Part shown: in pieces, positions 20,285-36,668 of the stretch
Numbering within the stretch: the first letter of the stretch is position 1
Layout of the letters: every line of letters begins with the position of its first letter
Assembly (NCBI GenBank): GCA_021773335.1
Contig: JAJFKG010000050.1
Coordinates: 1,682 to 65,681 of the forward strand
Length of the DNA: 64,000 nucleotides
Direction: 5' to 3'
Source of the DNA: Gammaproteobacteria bacterium
GTDB taxonomy: Bacteria > Pseudomonadota > Gammaproteobacteria > JAJFKG01
Notes under the pieces: model-generated
Databases searched by the model: none
Seen by the model: the letters and a program-made list of their open reading frames with translations, nothing else
Told to the model about the DNA's origin: nothing
Made by a program: the position numbers and the translations under genes

Positions 20285-23200
20285 ATGAACAAACCAACAA
20301 TAAATGCCTCAGCTAACCCCATGCAACCTCCAATCCCACGCAAAATTGGCACAAAAATGTACTGGGGCAATTTGCACGGTGGTAGTGACACACTGGCGGT
20401 TGCCGAGGCTGCCAAAAGCTGGGCAGACTCTGCGCATGCAGGGCCAAGCGTCTTGCTGACGCCAGATAGTTTTAGCGCCCAGCGTATTGCGGATGCCTTA
20501 CGCTTTTTTCGCGCTGACTTTAACATTTTGAATTTCCCGGATTGGGAAACACTACCTTACGACACTTTCTCGCCACACCAAGACATCATTTCTGAACGCT
20601 TAACCGCACTCTATCAATTACCAAATTTACGTGCCGGTATGTTAATCGTGCCCATCAGCACCTTGATGCAACGCTTGGCGCCGCCTGAGCACATTAGTGC
20701 ACACAGCCTGGTAATCGAAAAAAAGCAGCGCTTAAATATCGATGACATGCGGGCACAATTACAACATTGCGGTTATCGCGCGGTATCACAAGTGATGGAG
20801 CATGGTGAGTTCGCGGTCCGCGGCGCCATTCTCGATCTCTATCCTATGGGCAGCCGCTTACCCTATCGTATCGAATTATTCGATGACGAGATTGATACTA
20901 TTCGGACGTTTGATCCAGAAAACCAACGTTCAATTGAAGTTATTGAACGCGTGCAACTCTTGCCTGCACACGAATACCCAATGACAGATGATGCTATCAG
21001 CCAATTTCGCCAAGCCTGGCGAGCACGCTTTACAGGTAATCCAGCAAATTGTCCGATCTATCAAGACATCAGCGATGGCGTGAGTCCACAAGGTATCGAA
21101 TATTACTTACCTTTATTTTTTGATAACACGGTCACTTTATTCGACTATATGCCTGACAATAGCTTGCTGTTTTGTCTCGGCGACTTGCACCAAGCAGCTG
21201 AGCATTTTTGGCAAGAAATCAAAGAGCGCCATGCACAACAAGCCTTCGATGTCACCCGTCCTTTATTGCCACCAAATGATTTATTTATCGCCAGTAATGA
21301 ATTATTTGCACGACTTAATACATTTTCGCGTATTGATATCACGCATGCAGAAGTTAAAACAACAGCTGAGCGTTATAACTTTAACACCGAAAAACCACAA
21401 GACCTAAGTGTCAATCATAAAGCTCAACAGCCATTCACCGCGTTAGATAATTATTTAAAGCAGCATCTAGGACGTGTGTTGTTATGTGCAGAAACAGCGG
21501 GTCGTCGTGAAGTCTTGCTTGAAATGCTAACTAAGATTGATGTTCATCCACACGCATTTGCCAACTGGCGTGAGTTTATCTGCAGTAATGAAAAAATCGG
21601 CCTGACAATTGCACCACTCGAAGAAGGTATTAACTTAATCGATCCATCATTGGCTTTAATCGCTGAATCACAGCTCTTTGGTCAGCAAATCATGCAACGT
21701 CGCCGGCGTAGTAGCAGCGAGAAGCAATATGACAGTGATGCCATCGTACGCAACTTGAGCGAATTACATGTCGGCGCGCCAGTTGTGCATATCGATAATG
21801 GTGTCGGGCGTTATCTGGGCTTACAGCACTTAGCCTTTGGTGAACATGAAAATGAGTTTTTAACCTTGGAATATGCCGGTGGTGATAAACTGTATGTACC
21901 GGTATCATCATTGCACTTGATCAGCCGTTACAGTGGCGTCGATGTCGAACATGCCCCCATCAATCGCCTTGGCAATGATCAATGGAGTAAAGCCAAGCAA
22001 AAAGCGGCTGAACGTGCGCGTGATGCCGCCGCAGAATTGTTAGACATTTATGCTCGCCGCGCTGCACGCAAGGGCTTTGAATTTAAAACTCTCGATGATC
22101 AGTACTTGGCTTTTGCCAACGCCTTTCCTTTTGAAGAAACACCGGATCAGGCACAAGCCATCGACAAAACCTTGCAAGATATGCGTTCGAGCAAAACCAT
22201 GGATCGCTTGGTGTGTGGTGATGTGGGCTTTGGTAAGACCGAGGTTGCGATGCGCGCCAGCTTTTGTGCGGTGCAATCCGGCAAACAAGTCGCTATCTTA
22301 GTGCCGACCACCCTGCTCGCGCAACAACATTACAATAACTTTTGTGATCGCTTCGCTGATTGGCCGATGCAAATTGAATTGATTTCGCGCTTTCGCAGTG
22401 CCAAGCAAGAGACAGACATTGTTAAACGCCTCGAAGAAGGCAAGATCGATATTATCATCGGCACGCATAAATTGATCCAAGGCAAACTAAAATTTAAAGA
22501 TTTGGGTTTGATGATTATCGATGAAGAACACCGCTTTGGCGTACGCCAAAAAGAAAAGCTCAAATCATTACGTGCCGAAGTGGATATTCTCACGTTAACA
22601 GCTACGCCAATTCCACGCACATTGAATATGGCCATGGCAGAAATCCGCGATTTATCGATCATTGCTACGCCACCGGCAAAGAGGTTATCCATCAAAACTT
22701 TTGTGCGTGATTATAATAATGGCTTGATCAAAGAAGCGTTATTGCGCGAGTTATTACGCGGTGGACAAGTGTATTTTATTCATAATAATGTCGAAACCAT
22801 CGAACGACGCGCACAAGATCTAGCGGAATTAGTCCCGGAAGCACGTATTGCATTTGCCCATGGACAAATGCGCGAAAAGCAACTCGAAAAAATTATGTCG
22901 GACTTTTATCATCAACGCCATAATGTCTTATTGTGTACCACGATTATCGAAACCGGCATCGATGTCCCCACAGCAAATACAATTATTATCGAAAATGCCG
23001 ACCGGTTTGGTTTAGCGCAAATGCATCAATTACGTGGGCGCGTCGGGCGTTCGCACCATCAAGCTTACGCTTATCTACTGACGCCGCGCGGGAAAAAGAT
23101 CACGAAAGATGCACAAAAACGCTTAGATGCCATCGCTTCCTTGGAAGACTTGGGTGCAGGCTTTACCTTGGCGACACATGATTTAGAAATTCGTGGTGCC

Positions 23201-23788
23201 GGTGAACTGCTGGGCGAAGAGCAAAGTGGCCAAATCCAAGCAGTGGGTTTTTCACTATATACTGAGTTGCTCGAAAATGCGGTTGAAGCCTTAAAAGAAG
23301 GCAAAGAACCGGCATTGACACGGCCCTTACAACATGGCACTGAAATTGATTTACAGATCACAGCGTTAATTCCTGAGGATTATTTACCTGACGTACATAC
23401 GCGTTTAATTTTATATAAACGTATTGCCAGCGCCAAAGACAAAGAAGCCTTGCGTGAATTACAAGTCGAAATGATCGACCGCTTTGGATTGCTGCCACCT
23501 GCAACCAAGAATTTATTTCGCATTACTGAGTTAAAGCTGAAAGCGCAAGCGTTAGGGATTAATCGTGTCGAAGCTGGCGCCAAAGGTGGCCGTGTTGAAT
23601 TTAGTGAAAATCCGCAGGTTGATCCAGCGCAGATTATTAAACTCATTCAAGTACGCCCCAAAGAATATAAACTTGATGGCCCTGAGCGTTTACGCTTTAT
23701 ATTGGCAAGCGACAGCGTTGATAAGCGTATCGCAGTGGTGAGTGAGGTGTTGGAGCGTTTAGCAAGAACGAATACAAAGCGCTCGTAG
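20285..23788 (+). CDS. mfd: Transcription-repair coupling factor
   Basis: FPDWETLPYD, GDVGFGKTEVA, DEEHRFGV, QLRGRVGRS, DLEIRGAG. Confidence 0.98.
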   Translation: MNKPTINASANPMQPPIPRKIGTKMYWGNLHGGSDTLAVAEAAKSWADSAHAGPSVLLTPDSFSAQRIADALRFFRADFNILNFPDWETLPYDTFSPHQDIISERLTALYQLPNLRAGMLIVPISTLMQRLAPPEHISAHSLVIEKKQRLNIDDMRAQLQHCGYRAVSQVMEHGEFAVRGAILDLYPMGSRLPYRIELFDDEIDTIRTFDPENQRSIEVIERVQLLPAHEYPMTDDAISQFRQAWRARFTGNPANCPIYQDISDGVSPQGIEYYLPLFFDNTVTLFDYMPDNSLLFCLGDLHQAAEHFWQEIKERHAQQAFDVTRPLLPPNDLFIASNELFARLNTFSRIDITHAEVKTTAERYNFNTEKPQDLSVNHKAQQPFTALDNYLKQHLGRVLLCAETAGRREVLLEMLTKIDVHPHAFANWREFICSNEKIGLTIAPLEEGINLIDPSLALIAESQLFGQQIMQRRRRSSSEKQYDSDAIVRNLSELHVGAPVVHIDNGVGRYLGLQHLAFGEHENEFLTLEYAGGDKLYVPVSSLHLISRYSGVDVEHAPINRLGNDQWSKAKQKAAERARDAAAELLDIYARRAARKGFEFKTLDDQYLAFANAFPFEETPDQAQAIDKTLQDMRSSKTMDRLVCGDVGFGKTEVAMRASFCAVQSGKQVAILVPTTLLAQQHYNNFCDRFADWPMQIELISRFRSAKQETDIVKRLEEGKIDIIIGTHKLIQGKLKFKDLGLMIIDEEHRFGVRQKEKLKSLRAEVDILTLTATPIPRTLNMAMAEIRDLSIIATPPAKRLSIKTFVRDYNNGLIKEALLRELLRGGQVYFIHNNVETIERRAQDLAELVPEARIAFAHGQMREKQLEKIMSDFYHQRHNVLLCTTIIETGIDVPTANTIIIENADRFGLAQMHQLRGRVGRSHHQAYAYLLTPRGKKITKDAQKRLDAIASLEDLGAGFTLATHDLEIRGAGELLGEEQSGQIQAVGFSLYTELLENAVEALKEGKEPALTRPLQHGTEIDLQITALIPEDYLPDVHTRLILYKRIASAKDKEALRELQVEMIDRFGLLPPATKNLFRITELKLKAQALGINRVEAGAKGGRVEFSENPQVDPAQIIKLIQVRPKEYKLDGPERLRFILASDSVDKRIAVVSEVLERLARTNTKRS

Positions 23789-23875
23789 TTGTAACGTCCC
23801 CCCTTACCTTAACTTATTGAAAAAATTTGATTTTAAGTCTTAGCGAGGATTCTATGGATTTTGAAGATTTAAAAT

Positions 23876-23904
23876 TTGACAATAATCTCATATTGAGATA
23901 TTAT
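23876..23904 (+). promoter_or_regulatory. Sigma70 promoter of higBA with a palindromic operator in the spacer
   Basis: TTGACA (23876-81), N17, TATTAT (23899-904); palindrome ATCTCA-TAT-TGAGAT at 23885-23899. Confidence 0.75.
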
Positions 23905-23942
23905 TAGAGCATAAATAGATCAAAACCCCTCTAGGGACAATC

Positions 23943-24230
23943 GTGCATATAATAACTCAAAAGCGAATTGTGGAGGCGAAGAAGTGCCACCCTGAATGTA
24001 AATCAGCGCTTGATGGCTGGTTGAAGGTTGTTAAAGGCAATAACTTTTTTAGTTTTGCAGACTTAAAGCAAACATTTAATAGTGTTGATAAGGTTGGCAA
24101 TTTGCACGTTTTTAACCTAGGTGGCAACAAGCTAAGGTTGATTGCAAGTATCCACTTCAATCGACAAAAACTTTATATTAGGAATATCCTTACTCATACA
24201 GAATATGATGAGGGTAACTGGAGAAAATAA
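23943..24230 (+). CDS. higB: HigB-family toxin (RelE-like mRNA interferase)
   Basis: VFNLGGNKLRLI and ILTHTEYD motifs; toxin-first gene order. Confidence 0.9.
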   Translation: MHIITQKRIVEAKKCHPECKSALDGWLKVVKGNNFFSFADLKQTFNSVDKVGNLHVFNLGGNKLRLIASIHFNRQKLYIRNILTHTEYDEGNWRK

Positions 24231-24656
24231 ATGGGCACCGCATTAGCAAAACAAAATTTTCAACAGATGCTTAAGTCTTGGAAAGCGATTGCTCCGATCG
24301 TGCATGAGCCGCAAAACTCCGATGATTATGAGAAATTGTCACACTTACTAGATAAACTGCTTGACCTTGTCGGTGAAGACGAATCGCATGAACTTATCGG
24401 CCTTGTTGATGTAATTAGCCACATGATAGCAATGCATGACGAATACCAAGGTTACCACGTTGATTCTTTATCAGGCATTGATGCTTTAAAGTTTCTTATG
24501 CAGCAACATAACCTGAAACAAGCAGATTTAAGTGATATCGGCAGTCAAGGTGTTGTGTCTGAAATTTTAAACGGAAAGCGCTCGCTCAATATTTCTCAAA
24601 TCAGAAAGCTGTCAAAACGATTTAATGTTTCAAACAGCACTTTCATAGATGATTGA
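24231..24656 (+). CDS. higA: HigA-family antitoxin (XRE HTH)
   Basis: LKFLMQQHNLKQADL..IGSQGVVSEILNGKRSL. Confidence 0.9.
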   Translation: MGTALAKQNFQQMLKSWKAIAPIVHEPQNSDDYEKLSHLLDKLLDLVGEDESHELIGLVDVISHMIAMHDEYQGYHVDSLSGIDALKFLMQQHNLKQADLSDIGSQGVVSEILNGKRSLNISQIRKLSKRFNVSNSTFIDD

Positions 24657-24671
24657 ACCCCGCTTAGCAAA

Positions 24672-25694
24672 TTATAAATACTCGCGATGCAGAATTTCGG
24701 CAATCTGTACCGCATTAAGCGCTGCACCTTTACGGACGTTATCCGCTACTACCCACATATCTAAACCACGTGGATGAGATATGTCTTCACGCACACGTCC
24801 AACAAAGACATCATCGCTGGCATCGCCTAAACTAATCGCGGTGGGATAAACCTCTCGTTCAGTGTTATCTAGCAGCTTCACGCCCGGGGCTTTTTGGAGT
24901 AATTTACGTGCTTGGGCAACAGTGATCTTGTCACGAGTTTCAATGTGTAAAGCTTCTGAATGTCCAAATGCGACGGGCACACGCACAGCCGTTGGATTGA
25001 TTTGTATATTTTTATCATCAAGAATTTTTTGCGTCTCCCACACCATTTTCATTTCTTCTTTGGTGTAACCATTATCTTCAAACACATCAATATGTGGCAA
25101 TACATTAAACGCAATTTGTTGGTTAAACACGTTAGCTGTAGCCGGGCGCCCATTTAATAGTTCGCCGGTTTGACTAATCAATTCTGAAATGGCTGAGCGC
25201 CCTGCCCCCGACACGGCTTGATAGGTCGCGACATTAATGCGCTCAATACCAACCGCATCATAAATCGGCTTTAACGCCACCAACATTTGTATGGTCGAAC
25301 AATTCGGATTGGCAATGATTTTACGCTTGAGATAATAATCCAATGCTTCAGGATTAACTTCAGGGATCACCAAAGGGATATCTTTATCACGGCGGAAATG
25401 TGAGGTATTGTCGATGACGATACAATTGACCTCTGCCGCACGTGGTGCGTATTCAGCTGAAACAGAACCACCCGCTGAGAATAAGGCGATATCGACGCCG
25501 GCAAAGTTAAATTTTACTAAGTCTTCGACGATATAGGGTTTACCTTTGAACTCAAGTGTATCACCCGCTGAGCGCTCACTGGATAATAAATGTAATTCAC
25601 CAATTGGGAAATCACGTTCAGCAAGAATTTTCAGCATGGCTTTACCCACTGCCCCGGTCGCGCCAACAACAGCGATGTTAACTGCTTCCATCAT
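24672..25694 (-). CDS. asd: Aspartate-semialdehyde dehydrogenase
   Basis: GATGAVG, NPNCSTIQ, YQAVSGAG, DNVRKGAALN. Confidence 0.96.
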   Translation of the reverse strand: MMEAVNIAVVGATGAVGKAMLKILAERDFPIGELHLLSSERSAGDTLEFKGKPYIVEDLVKFNFAGVDIALFSAGGSVSAEYAPRAAEVNCIVIDNTSHFRRDKDIPLVIPEVNPEALDYYLKRKIIANPNCSTIQMLVALKPIYDAVGIERINVATYQAVSGAGRSAISELISQTGELLNGRPATANVFNQQIAFNVLPHIDVFEDNGYTKEEMKMVWETQKILDDKNIQINPTAVRVPVAFGHSEALHIETRDKITVAQARKLLQKAPGVKLLDNTEREVYPTAISLGDASDDVFVGRVREDISHPRGLDMWVVADNVRKGAALNAVQIAEILHREYL

Positions 25695-26494
25695 GAGCGT
25701 ATACCTACCCCTTTATTCAAAAGCCGCATCGCAAAGATAAAAAATCCTGCGCTAAATAATATAATAATGCCGAAGGCAAAACCGACATTAATATCAGAAA
25801 TCCCTAAAATACCGAACCGAAAGGCATTAACAATATACAAAATCGGATTGATCAATGACGCATGTTGCCAAAAACCTGGCAGCATATCGATACTATAAAA
25901 CACACCGCCAAAATAAGTTAATGGTGTTAATACAAACGTCGGCACAATCGACACATCATCAAATTTTTTCGCATACATCGCATTGACAAAGCCCGCAATT
26001 GAAAACAGCATCGATGCTAACAATACAATCGAGAGCGTAATCCACACATTATGGATTTGAATATGAGTAAAAAACAATGCCACAACCATCACAATAATCC
26101 CTGTGAGTAAACCACGCGTCATGCCGCCGACGACGAAGCCTAACAAGATCATAATATTGGGGATCGGTGCGACAATCATTTCTTCGATATTGCGCTGGAA
26201 TTTACTGCTAAAAAACGACGTCACCACATTGGCATACGAATTGGTAATCACTGACATCATCACCAAACCAGAAACAATGTATTGCATATAAGGATAGCCT
26301 TCGATGGTGCCAATACGACTACCAATCAAATGCCCAAAGATCACAAAATACAAAGCCATCGTAATAATTGGTGGCACTAAGGTTTGCACCCAAATACGAC
26401 AAAAGCGCCGCACTTCACGCTGCACAATAGTGGCGAAACCAACAAAGCTCTGACGATTAAAAGCAGACAGCTTAGGCGTTATTGACTTAGACAT
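25691..26494 (-). CDS. yadH: ABC-2 transporter permease
   Basis: RIWVQTLVPP.ITM.LYF.IFG, NSYANVV, PLTYFGGVFYSI. Confidence 0.9.
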   Translation of the reverse strand: MSKSITPKLSAFNRQSFVGFATIVQREVRRFCRIWVQTLVPPIITMALYFVIFGHLIGSRIGTIEGYPYMQYIVSGLVMMSVITNSYANVVTSFFSSKFQRNIEEMIVAPIPNIMILLGFVVGGMTRGLLTGIIVMVVALFFTHIQIHNVWITLSIVLLASMLFSIAGFVNAMYAKKFDDVSIVPTFVLTPLTYFGGVFYSIDMLPGFWQHASLINPILYIVNAFRFGILGISDINVGFAFGIIILFSAGFFIFAMRLLNKGVGIRS

Positions 26495-27416
26495 TGTCTA
26501 CCTCCTCACCTTTGGCTATCATTTTAATAAACATTTCTTCAAGACGATTGGCTTTATTACGCATGCTTTGTACTTCAATATTATGTTGGGCTAATACCGC
26601 AAATAAATCATTCATGCTTTGATCACGTTGAACATCGACGGCTAAGGTGCATTTATTCTCTAAATAACCATTAAATTCACCTAAGTCGGGCAATTCCCAT
26701 AATTCATTTTTGAGATATAAAATAAAGGTTTCTACATGCAGCTTACGTAGCAAGCTATCCATACCTTCATGCGTAATAATGTTGCCTTGGTTAATAATCG
26801 CGATCTTACGGCATAGGGCTTCGGCTTCTTCGAGGTAATGTGTCGTTAAGATAATCGTAATACCTTGCGCATTGATTTCACGTAAGAAGTCCCACATAGA
26901 ACGACGTAATTCAATGTCAACACCGGCCGTGGGCTCATCGAGAATTAATAGTTTGGGTTCATGTACTAAGGCGCGCGCAATCATGAGCCGGCGTTTCATG
27001 CCACCAGATAATTCGCGGGCTTGTACATTGCGTTTATCCCACAAGCCAAGTTTTTTTAAATATTTTTCCGCGCGTTCATTTGCGAGCTTAGCGGGAATAC
27101 CATAATAGCCCGCTTGCGTGATCAATATATGCATGACTTTTTCAAAGACATTGAAATTAAACTCTTGCGGTACTAAACCGATTTGCGATTTAGCGGCTTC
27201 TAATTGCGTATCAATGTCATAGCCAAACACACTGACTTGGCCAGCAGTTTTGTTGACTAAAGACGTGATAATACCAATGGTTGTCGTTTTGCCCGCACCA
27301 TTCGGCCCCAGTAGCGCGAAAAATTCGCCTTCGCTGACGTCGAGGTCAATGCCATTTAAGGCTTGGTGACCGCCTGCATAAACTTTCGTTAATTGTCGGA
27401 TTTCGAGTGCTTTCAT
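26487..27416 (-). CDS. yadG: ABC transporter ATP-binding protein
   Basis: GPNGAGKTT, LSGGMKRR, LDEPTAGVD, SMRNKANRLEE. Confidence 0.9.
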   Translation of the reverse strand: MKALEIRQLTKVYAGGHQALNGIDLDVSEGEFFALLGPNGAGKTTTIGIITSLVNKTAGQVSVFGYDIDTQLEAAKSQIGLVPQEFNFNVFEKVMHILITQAGYYGIPAKLANERAEKYLKKLGLWDKRNVQARELSGGMKRRLMIARALVHEPKLLILDEPTAGVDIELRRSMWDFLREINAQGITIILTTHYLEEAEALCRKIAIINQGNIITHEGMDSLLRKLHVETFILYLKNELWELPDLGEFNGYLENKCTLAVDVQRDQSMNDLFAVLAQHNIEVQSMRNKANRLEEMFIKMIAKGEEVDNV

Positions 27417-27418
27417 GG

Positions 27419-29027
<1,609 letters not shown>

Positions 29028-29031
<4 letters not shown>

Positions 29032-29402
29032 AATTGCCTCGCTATCATTATTCCAATCCAAGTGGCGATTAAACAAAATCCCACATTTGTGAAAACATTC
29101 AATAAACTTTTCAATATTTCTCCTTGTTCCAAAAACGAGAGTGTCTCGTAAGAAAACGTTGAAAAAGTCGTAAATGCGCCTAAGAAACCTATTAAGATAA
29201 AACCACGAATAGCACTACCAGTGACACGCTCTAATAACAAAATCGCAGCAAAACCAATCAATAAAGAACCGAGCACGTTCACGATTAAGGTACCATAAGC
29301 AAAGTTACGCCCCAATACCGCATGGCTTACATTTGCGAGGCCATAACGACCGAGTGCGCCCAAGGCACCACCAAGCGCAATCATTAGTAACTGTTTTAGC
29401 AT
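29028..29402 (-). CDS. crcB: Fluoride channel
   Basis: GGALGA..RY, GTL.VN, GFLGAFTTFSTF. Confidence 0.95.
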
Positions 29403-29415
29403 CCTGGTTTAATTC

Positions 29416-30777
29416 CTAATTTTTAAATGGATTCTCCGCCTGCGCGGAGGATGACATTTTATCTAACTCACGCAATTTTGTGAGCTTTTCGCCAATTTTA
29501 ATCTCAAGGCCACGCGCTGCTGGGAAATAATATTGCTGTGCATCCATGCCCTCCGGAAAATAACGCTCACCAGCCGCATAGGCATTCGTCTCATTATGCG
29601 CATAACGATAATTTTCGCCATGGCCTAGGTCTTTCATCAGCTTAGTTGGCGCATTGCGGATATGCATCGGTACTTGCAAAGAACCGTGTGCCTTAGCTGA
29701 ACGCATGGCGTCACCAAATGCGGTATATACGGCATTGCTCTTGGCGGCACACGCCATATAGATGACTGCTTGCGCGATAGTCAATTCGCCTTCGGGACTG
29801 CCCAAACGTTCTTGCACATCCCACGCATTTAAAGCTAACTGCAACGCGCGCGGATCGGCATTACCAATATCTTCGCTAGCCATACGCACCACGCGGCGAG
29901 CAACGTATAAGGGATCACAGCCACCATCGAACATACGGCACAACCAATAAAGCGCTGCATCCGGATCTGAACCACGCACGGATTTATGCAAGGCTGAAAT
30001 TTGATCATAGAAATCATCACCACCTTTATCAAAACGGCGCACACCACCGCTGATCACTTCTGCAAGAATCGCATCTGTTATGGTGATGCTGTCTTGGCCG
30101 CTGCCCGCTAAATCAACCATGATTTCAAGGAGGTTGAGCGCACGACGGGCATCACCATCAGCGATTTGTACCAGTCTTTCGCGCAAATTTTGCGGAAAAT
30201 CAATAATCAAGTGGCCGAGACCTTTATTTTTATCCGTCAGCGCCCGGTTAATTACTGCAAGCAAATCTCCGCTTTGCAGGCTTTTTAGCACATAAACCCG
30301 GGCACGCGATAACAACGCATTATTGAGTTCAAACGAGGGGTTTTCAGTGGTTGCGCCAATAAAAGTGAGTGTGCCATCTTCTACATGCGGCAGAAAAGCA
30401 TCTTGCTGCGATTTATTAAAGCGATGTACTTCATCCACAAATAAGATCGTCGCTTGCTGCTGAATCTGTTGTGCTTGTTGCGCACGTTCTATTGCAGCGC
30501 GAATATCTTTAACCCCTGCTAATACTGCAGATATTGCCTCGATACGCGCATCGGCGTTAGCAGCCAAGATCTTCGCCAAAGTCGTTTTGCCAGTACCGGG
30601 TGGCCCCCATAAAATCATCGAATGCAAATGCCCATCTTCAATCGCTTGGCGCAAAGACTTGCCTTCGCCTAATAAATGTTGTTGCCCAAAAAATTCAGCG
30701 ACATTACTGGGGCGCATACGTGCAGCCAAGGGTTGGAAAGCTTGTTGTTGCTGAGGGTTAAGGTTGCTATCAAACAT
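29416..30777 (-). CDS. rarA: Replication-associated recombination protein A
   Basis: [40 protein letters not shown]. Confidence 0.96.
   Translation of the reverse strand: MFDSNLNPQQQQAFQPLAARMRPSNVAEFFGQQHLLGEGKSLRQAIEDGHLHSMILWGPPGTGKTTLAKILAANADARIEAISAVLAGVKDIRAAIERAQQAQQIQQQATILFVDEVHRFNKSQQDAFLPHVEDGTLTFIGATTENPSFELNNALLSRARVYVLKSLQSGDLLAVINRALTDKNKGLGHLIIDFPQNLRERLVQIADGDARRALNLLEIMVDLAGSGQDSITITDAILAEVISGGVRRFDKGGDDFYDQISALHKSVRGSDPDAALYWLCRMFDGGCDPLYVARRVVRMASEDIGNADPRALQLALNAWDVQERLGSPEGELTIAQAVIYMACAAKSNAVYTAFGDAMRSAKAHGSLQVPMHIRNAPTKLMKDLGHGENYRYAHNETNAYAAGERYFPEGMDAQQYYFPAARGLEIKIGEKLTKLRELDKMSSSAQAENPFKN
29428..29456 (-). repeat. TGTC-type REP hairpin lying in frame within the rarA 3' end
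   Basis: Minus strand TGTCATCCTCCGCGCAGGCGGAGAATCCA encodes the SSSAQAENP part of the tail. Confidence 0.65.
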
Positions 30778-30784
30778 AAGTGGC

Positions 30785-31435
30785 TTAGTTACCTTTGGCG
30801 CGAATCACATCGATACCGCGTGGTGGTTTGAAGACAAAAGTAGCTGCTTTCAATTTTGGGTTAAGAACGACGTTACTGAAATTTAAGGTGGTTAGCTGAT
30901 CGAGGTTATCTTCAAAACGCATACTTTGAATTTTTTTATTTTTAAAATTTAAAATAGCGTATTGAAATAAGCCTTGGCTATCGTTGGGCATGAGTTTAAA
31001 GCGTTGCTGTCCTTGTTTCGTCGGCAATGCTTGGACTTTAAAATTGTTGTGGATATAGTCGGTCGAACCAGCGAGCAATAACGCCGGCACATCACCACCT
31101 TTATTAGCCAAATTTTCTACCGTGATTTGTTCTAAATCGATATCGTAAAACCATAGCTGTTTGCCGTCGGCGACAATGAGCTGCTTTGCGGGTGATGAGA
31201 TTTTCCAGCGGAATTTGCCGGGGCGTTGCAGCGCCATCTTGCCTTTTGCGGTTTGTAATACTGTGCCGGCATTATCACGCGTCGCTTGCTTGAAGTTAGC
31301 CGTCATACTGTGAAAGTTGCCAAGGATAGCGTCGAGGGATTGGTTAGCATTGTTGATTGTGGTGGTTGCGTGGCTAAGGGAAAAAGCTAGCAAAAGCATA
31401 ACAACCAAACAACTAGACAAATAGTGTTTAAACAT
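30785..31435 (-). CDS. lolA: Outer-membrane lipoprotein carrier protein
   Basis: Signal peptide, RPGKFRW, IVADG..LWFYD.DLEQ; ftsK-lolA-rarA gene order. Confidence 0.93.
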   Translation of the reverse strand: MFKHYLSSCLVVMLLLAFSLSHATTTINNANQSLDAILGNFHSMTANFKQATRDNAGTVLQTAKGKMALQRPGKFRWKISSPAKQLIVADGKQLWFYDIDLEQITVENLANKGGDVPALLLAGSTDYIHNNFKVQALPTKQGQQRFKLMPNDSQGLFQYAILNFKNKKIQSMRFEDNLDQLTTLNFSNVVLNPKLKAATFVFKPPRGIDVIRAKGN

Positions 31436-31463
31436 TCGTTTAACCTCAAATATTGCTCACATA

Positions 31464-31638
31464 CGTCATTCCGTGCTTGACACGGAATCTAGAAGAATAT
31501 TAACCGCCACCGTAGGTGGCGCACCAATAAGGTCGATTAAAAATCGCCCTCAAGTCGGATGCAAAGCATCCGACATCTGTTGCTCGCTACGCTCACGTCC
31601 CATATGCCTCTGGATTCCGCATCAAGTGCGGAATGACG
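31464..31638. repeat. CGTC-type REP doublet enclosing other hairpins
   Basis: CGTCATTCCGTGCTTGACACGGAATC at the left end, GATTCCGCATCAAGTGCGGAATGACG at the right; internal GTCGGATGCAAAGCATCCGAC. Confidence 0.8.
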
Positions 31639-31651
31639 TAGTAGAATTACC

Positions 31652-35850
<4,199 letters not shown>

Positions 35851-35861
<11 letters not shown>

Positions 35862-36262
35862 GCTGACGTATCCTCACGAATTTTTTTTCAAATTTACTTA
35901 AAATAAATGTCACTCGTGTAGCCTACTGTCTTCTAGTCAAGCTCAGATGTAGCCCGGATAAGTGGCGCAGCAACGTCATCCGGGAACAGCAATCGCAAAC
36001 AACCTCCCCGGATGACGCGCGTGCCGCGCTTATCCGAGCTACGGCTACCGTCTTCTAGTCAAGCTCAGATGTAGCCCGGATAAGTTGCGCAGCAACGTCA
36101 TCCGGGAACCGCAATCGCAAACAACCTCCCCGGATGACGCGCGGGCCGCGCTTATCCGGGCTACGGCTACTACATCTGGGCTTGACGCTGAGACAGTAGT
36201 CTACAAATGAATCAAACCTACCTTAAGACTTTATTCGTGGGGATTCATCAGCTCAGGGCGAC
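35851..36262. mobile_element. Complete nested composite palindromic element: three pairs of inverted termini around two family-B REP doublets
   Basis: Left termini from 35851 to 35948 are mirrored by 36174-36262. REP doublets at 35949-36042 and 36071-36164 (122-bp period). Confidence 0.85.
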
Positions 36263-36370
36263 AACAGTGGTAGAGAGACCAAAAAGACATGCACCTAAAA
36301 TTTGCTAAAAAGCATTTTTTCAGGCAGAATTCCACCGCTTTTGGAGTAAGATAGGTTAAAAGAGAGCTAA

Positions 36371-36592
36371 ATGGCTAAAGAAGAACACATTGAAATGGAA
36401 GGCGTTGTCCTTGAAACGCTACCGAATACCATGTTTCGCGTCGAGCTGGAAAATGGTCACGTCGTGACGGCCCACATTTCTGGGCGCATGCGCAAAAACT
36501 ACATCCGCATTTTGACCGGGGACAAAGTCCGCGTGCAACTCACTCCATACGATCTGAGCAAGGGTCGTATCGTTTATAGAGATAAAGACTAA
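36371..36592 (+). CDS. infA: Translation initiation factor IF-1
   Basis: [11 protein letters not shown]...[14 protein letters not shown]. Confidence 0.98.
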   Translation: MAKEEHIEMEGVVLETLPNTMFRVELENGHVVTAHISGRMRKNYIRILTGDKVRVQLTPYDLSKGRIVYRDKD

Positions 36593-36610
36593 TTTCAGAC
36601 TGTACTTCAT

Positions 36611-36640
36611 AAAAAACGCGGCATGTAGCCGCGCTTTTTA
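36611..36640. terminator. Bidirectional intrinsic terminator between infA and clpA
   Basis: AAAAAA-CGCGGC-ATGTA-GCCGCG-CTTTTT. Confidence 0.8.
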
Positions 36641-36668
36641 TTCGTTGTGAAATGAGATCAAGCAAGTG

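Noticed and set aside
29403-29460. Fluoride riboswitch upstream of crcB
   Set aside because: Only 13 nt separate rarA from crcB, the riboswitch consensus is not visible, and the hairpin present is a REP.
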